This document shows, piece after piece, positions 60,935-64,000 of a stretch of DNA of 64,000 nucleotides; the stretch's first letter is position 1; the number at the start of each line of letters is the position of its first letter. Below the pieces are notes generated by a model. That model saw nothing but the letters and a program-made list of their open reading frames with translations, did no database searches and was not told where the DNA came from. A program made the translations under genes and the position numbers. Location: assembly GCA_963827655.1 (NCBI GenBank), contig CAWHCF010000046.1:64001-128000 (forward strand), written 5' to 3'. The stretch comes from an uncultured Acidobacteriota bacterium (GTDB lineage Bacteria > Acidobacteriota > UBA6911).

Positions 60935-61401
60935 CTCCGGTCATAGATCCAATTCGATTGCGCGCGACGTAGTGTCCTAGGAGAAGCGCACGAGAGGATG
61001 GCCTGGATCCCGTCCCCCGGGACCAGGCTGCTCGGCGCCGCCCGAGGTCGCTGATCTGTTGGGCACTTGTCCCTTTGGTGCGCAAGCCTGCTTGCGTCTT
61101 GCGACGCGGCAGCTTGTTGCCGCACGGAGTATTGGACATTTAACAAGCACAGAGCTCGGGTGCTGTTAACCAGGGCTGAAGGCGCGGCAGTGAATAGTGC
61201 GCGCCGCGCCTCCGGTCATAAATCCAATTCGATTGCGCGCGACGTAGTGTCCTAGGAGAAGCGCACGAGAGGATGGCCTGGATCCCGTCCCCCGGGACCA
61301 GGCTGCTCGGCGCCGCCCGAGGTCGCTGATCTGTTGGGCACTTGTCCCTTTGGTGCGCAAGCCTGCTTGCGCCTTGTGACGCGGCAGCTTCTTGCCGCAC
61401 G
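60935..61401. repeat. 192-bp direct repeat, two copies (60935-61126 and 61210-61401)
   Basis: Copies differ at 4 positions by eye; 83-bp spacer. Confidence 0.92.
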
Positions 61402-61527
61402 TGCGAAATGTACAACTAGGCCTGCGCAGGAGCGGGGCCTTAGCCCTTGGGAACGGAGCTTGGCGAAGCAAGCTTCGCCATAACCAAAACGCAGCAAGCT
61501 ACCGCACTCCAGGAGGAGGAGACAACT

Positions 61528-62418
61528 ATGAGGAACACACGAGCGTTCTTTGAGTTTCCCGGAAAGAGACCCTTTCGATCCGCGGTAACGGTGCTGGTCG
61601 TCGTCATGCTTGTCGCCGGGCTGACGATTTGGAAGCCCGAGCCCGCATCGGCGAATCACCCGGTCCTGGTGGAAGGTGAAAAAGACTACGACGGCGATGG
61701 GCTGGTTGGCACGGCCGAAGACACCGACAATGCCACCGACCGGATTTTCGGAACCATCAACGGCGCGCTCGGCAACATAGATCTCGGGGCCGCCATCAAC
61801 GCCACCCACGCCAACCAGAACGGCCGGGTCGTCATCGTCACGTCGGGCCGCTTTCCCGAGGGCGTCAGCATCACGGCCGCCAACGGCAACGTTTCGCTCG
61901 AAGCCGCTCCTGGAGTCGACGCCGACATAGATGCGGTCGTACAGGGAGCGGCGGGCAATGCGGGCCGTCAGGCCAACCCCGGGATTATTGTCAACGCTCC
62001 GGCCAATCGCTATGTCACGATCCGCAACATCATGAGCCGAAACTGGACCGAGGGGATCCGGGTGATGGGCGATTCCAGAGTGACCATAGCCAACTGCCGT
62101 TTCGAGAACAATGTAAGCTTCGGCATCCACGTGCTCGACAACGCCCGGGTAGCGATCAACAACTCCCAGGTCAATGCCACCGGGTTTCGCCAGGCGGGAG
62201 GGGTGAACAATACGCCCAGCCCCGGAATCGGGATCCAGTTCGAAGATTCTTCCTCGGGTTCGGTCGCGTTCACAACCGTCAGCGGGAGCTTCAGTGTCGG
62301 TCTTGCTAACGACATTCAAACCCAGGGTTCCGTTTTCGTGATGGACGTGAACACCTTCGACAACAATCCGAACTTTCGCGGGTTTTTCCGGCAGGGCGCC
62401 GTGCCGGCAAATTTCTAG
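61528..62418 (+). CDS. Secreted right-handed beta-helix protein
   Basis: AGGAGG RBS; signal peptide; DYDGDG motif; Asn-rich repeats VTIRNI, VTIANCRFENN, VAINNSQV. Confidence 0.8.
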   Translation: MRNTRAFFEFPGKRPFRSAVTVLVVVMLVAGLTIWKPEPASANHPVLVEGEKDYDGDGLVGTAEDTDNATDRIFGTINGALGNIDLGAAINATHANQNGRVVIVTSGRFPEGVSITAANGNVSLEAAPGVDADIDAVVQGAAGNAGRQANPGIIVNAPANRYVTIRNIMSRNWTEGIRVMGDSRVTIANCRFENNVSFGIHVLDNARVAINNSQVNATGFRQAGGVNNTPSPGIGIQFEDSSSGSVAFTTVSGSFSVGLANDIQTQGSVFVMDVNTFDNNPNFRGFFRQGAVPANF

Positions 62419-62736
62419 ATTTGTGTTTCTTCGTGTCTTTGGGTCGTGGTGGTATGGTTGGCCGCCCCTAACCCCTAAGACTCAAAGACACGAAGAATGG
62501 GAAGCGGCTGAAGATCTCGTGGAACTCCGCCACCGCCACACAGCCGACCGGTCCCCGTGCCGTCGTTGACAAGAGAGGTTTTTCGACTTAGACTCGGCCC
62601 CTCCGTTCGAGCACGCCACCATCATCTGAACGGGAGCCTTAAGGGGCCCGGTGGACAAGCACGTTCCAAGCCGGGTGTGCTCGAATGCGTGACCACGGAC
62701 AGATCGTCATGTCGGATTCGGGTCGGAGGCAAGGCT

Positions 62737-64000
62737 GTGTCGGATGGCTGCGGGTCTCCGAAGGGTGGAATCAGCGTCATCATCCCGCACGGCGGGGAGA
62801 GCCGGTTTCCGCAGCTCGCCGCGACTCTGCCGGCTCTGAGGCAGTGCTCGGGCGTCCAGGAGGTGATCGTCGTCGAGCTGGCCGAATCGCCTCGGGCCGA
62901 GCAGTTCGCCCGGCGCTGGGCGGATAAGTATGTCTTCGCCCGTCACTCGGCTCCCTTCGACCGGGCGCGCGCGCTGAACATCGGAATTCCTTTCGCGGCG
63001 CGCGACCTGCTCTTGTGGCAGGACAATGACCTCGTCCTGCCTGAGGGGTTCGTTCTGAGAGCAGCCGCCGAGATACGCGCCCGGTCGCTGGACTTTCTGA
63101 CCCCCTACACGTCCATCCGGTACCTCTCAAAAGCCGACAGCACGGCTGTCATGAAGGGGATGCGGCGCCCCGTCGATTGTGATCCCGTGAACGTCTTCTA
63201 TTCCCGCCGCGCCATCAGCGGGGGCGCGGGGCTCGTGAGGCGAGCATTCGTCAAGCGGTACGGCGGGTTGCCAGAGGGCTTCCGTGGCTGGGGCTGCGAG
63301 GACGAGGCGTGGGCGTACAAGGCCTACCTGCTGGGGCGCGCCGCTCACACGGGCTACGACGACCAGCATCTCTATCATCTTTATCACCCCGGGTCGGGGG
63401 GATACTGCCGCCGCGCTCCTATATCGAGCCCGTCGGACTATGCTCACAACCTCGCGCTTCTGAGCCGGATCATGTCGGTGCGGGAACCGGCTCGATTTGC
63501 CGAGATGTTCGGACCGAAGTACTTCTCGTGTCCGTGGCCCGAGTCGGCGCACATCGTGTTCCTCACGCGCGCTGGTGACCGCAGGAACACGCTTCTGGCG
63601 GAACGCGTCGCCCGGTGCTTACGGAAACTTTACGGCAGCAATATCGAACCCGCGCAAGTCCCGCAAACAGTCCCACTCGAACAGGTCGTGCCCCAGCATG
63701 CCGATGCGATCGTACTGTTCGGCAGCGGGCTGGCGAGGGACGTGGCGGCTACCCTGCCTCGAGCACGGTTCGACTCAAGGGTCGTCGTCGTGAGCCGCGC
63801 CAGGCACCGGCCGAAGCGCGAGGAAACTCCCGGGAAGCCGTTCGGCACGATCGTGATGGCGGATCCTGTGCCGGGCCACCTGGCGATCGCATTGACGCTG
63901 GCGCGGCCGATCGCGTTGATCGCCGGACGGAACGTACGCGCTTCCCGACCGCGGCAGGCCGACATCGCCCGCGGCGGACATGGCCGGGCGACCGAACCGG
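62737..64000 (+). CDS. GT-A glycosyltransferase with GT7-like C-terminal motif (partial, runs off the right edge)
   Basis: GGAGG-N7-GTG; ISVIIPH, FDRARALNIG, QDND (DxD), FRGWGCED, LYHLYH; frame open to the window end. Confidence 0.8.
   Translation, partial: MSDGCGSPKGGISVIIPHGGESRFPQLAATLPALRQCSGVQEVIVVELAESPRAEQFARRWADKYVFARHSAPFDRARALNIGIPFAARDLLLWQDNDLVLPEGFVLRAAAEIRARSLDFLTPYTSIRYLSKADSTAVMKGMRRPVDCDPVNVFYSRRAISGGAGLVRRAFVKRYGGLPEGFRGWGCEDEAWAYKAYLLGRAAHTGYDDQHLYHLYHPGSGGYCRRAPISSPSDYAHNLALLSRIMSVREPARFAEMFGPKYFSCPWPESAHIVFLTRAGDRRNTLLAERVARCLRKLYGSNIEPAQVPQTVPLEQVVPQHADAIVLFGSGLARDVAATLPRARFDSRVVVVSRARHRPKREETPGKPFGTIVMADPVPGHLAIALTLARPIALIAGRNVRASRPRQADIARGGHGRATEP

Noticed and set aside
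60916-61471. Duplicated small ORFs inside the 192-bp repeat
   Set aside because: There is no RBS or recognisable domain, and the sequence is dominated by palindromes.

Overview
A 64-kb, GC-rich bacterial window whose gene content points to Acidobacteriota (inference from gene families: carboxypeptidase-domain TonB receptor, 'acido-empty' quinoprotein, cytochrome c-HhH fusion, DUF1501/DUF1549-DUF1553 operon). It is a mosaic of about 48 mostly periplasmic or catabolic genes: three PQQ-type dehydrogenases, each with a c-type cytochrome partner, three amidases, an RND efflux operon, two ECF sigma factors, fabI, alkA, dgoK and others. Many genes carry 1-nt frameshifts, probably long-read errors. 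No tRNA, rRNA, CRISPR array or intact transposase was seen. The main unexplained structures are: (1) a dispersed ~38-41-bp 'ACCAC-GAAGACAC-GAAG' repeat at most gene boundaries, arranged as inverted arms around an asymmetric core, with one near-perfect arm pair bracketing a single gene and one empty pair; (2) inverted heptamer-repeat tracts, one between a start codon and its gene body; (3) a two-copy MITE; (4) a secreted Ig-like/3-TM/TIR protein with Toll-receptor-like topology; (5) a quinoprotein with a full lanthanide-type ligand set.
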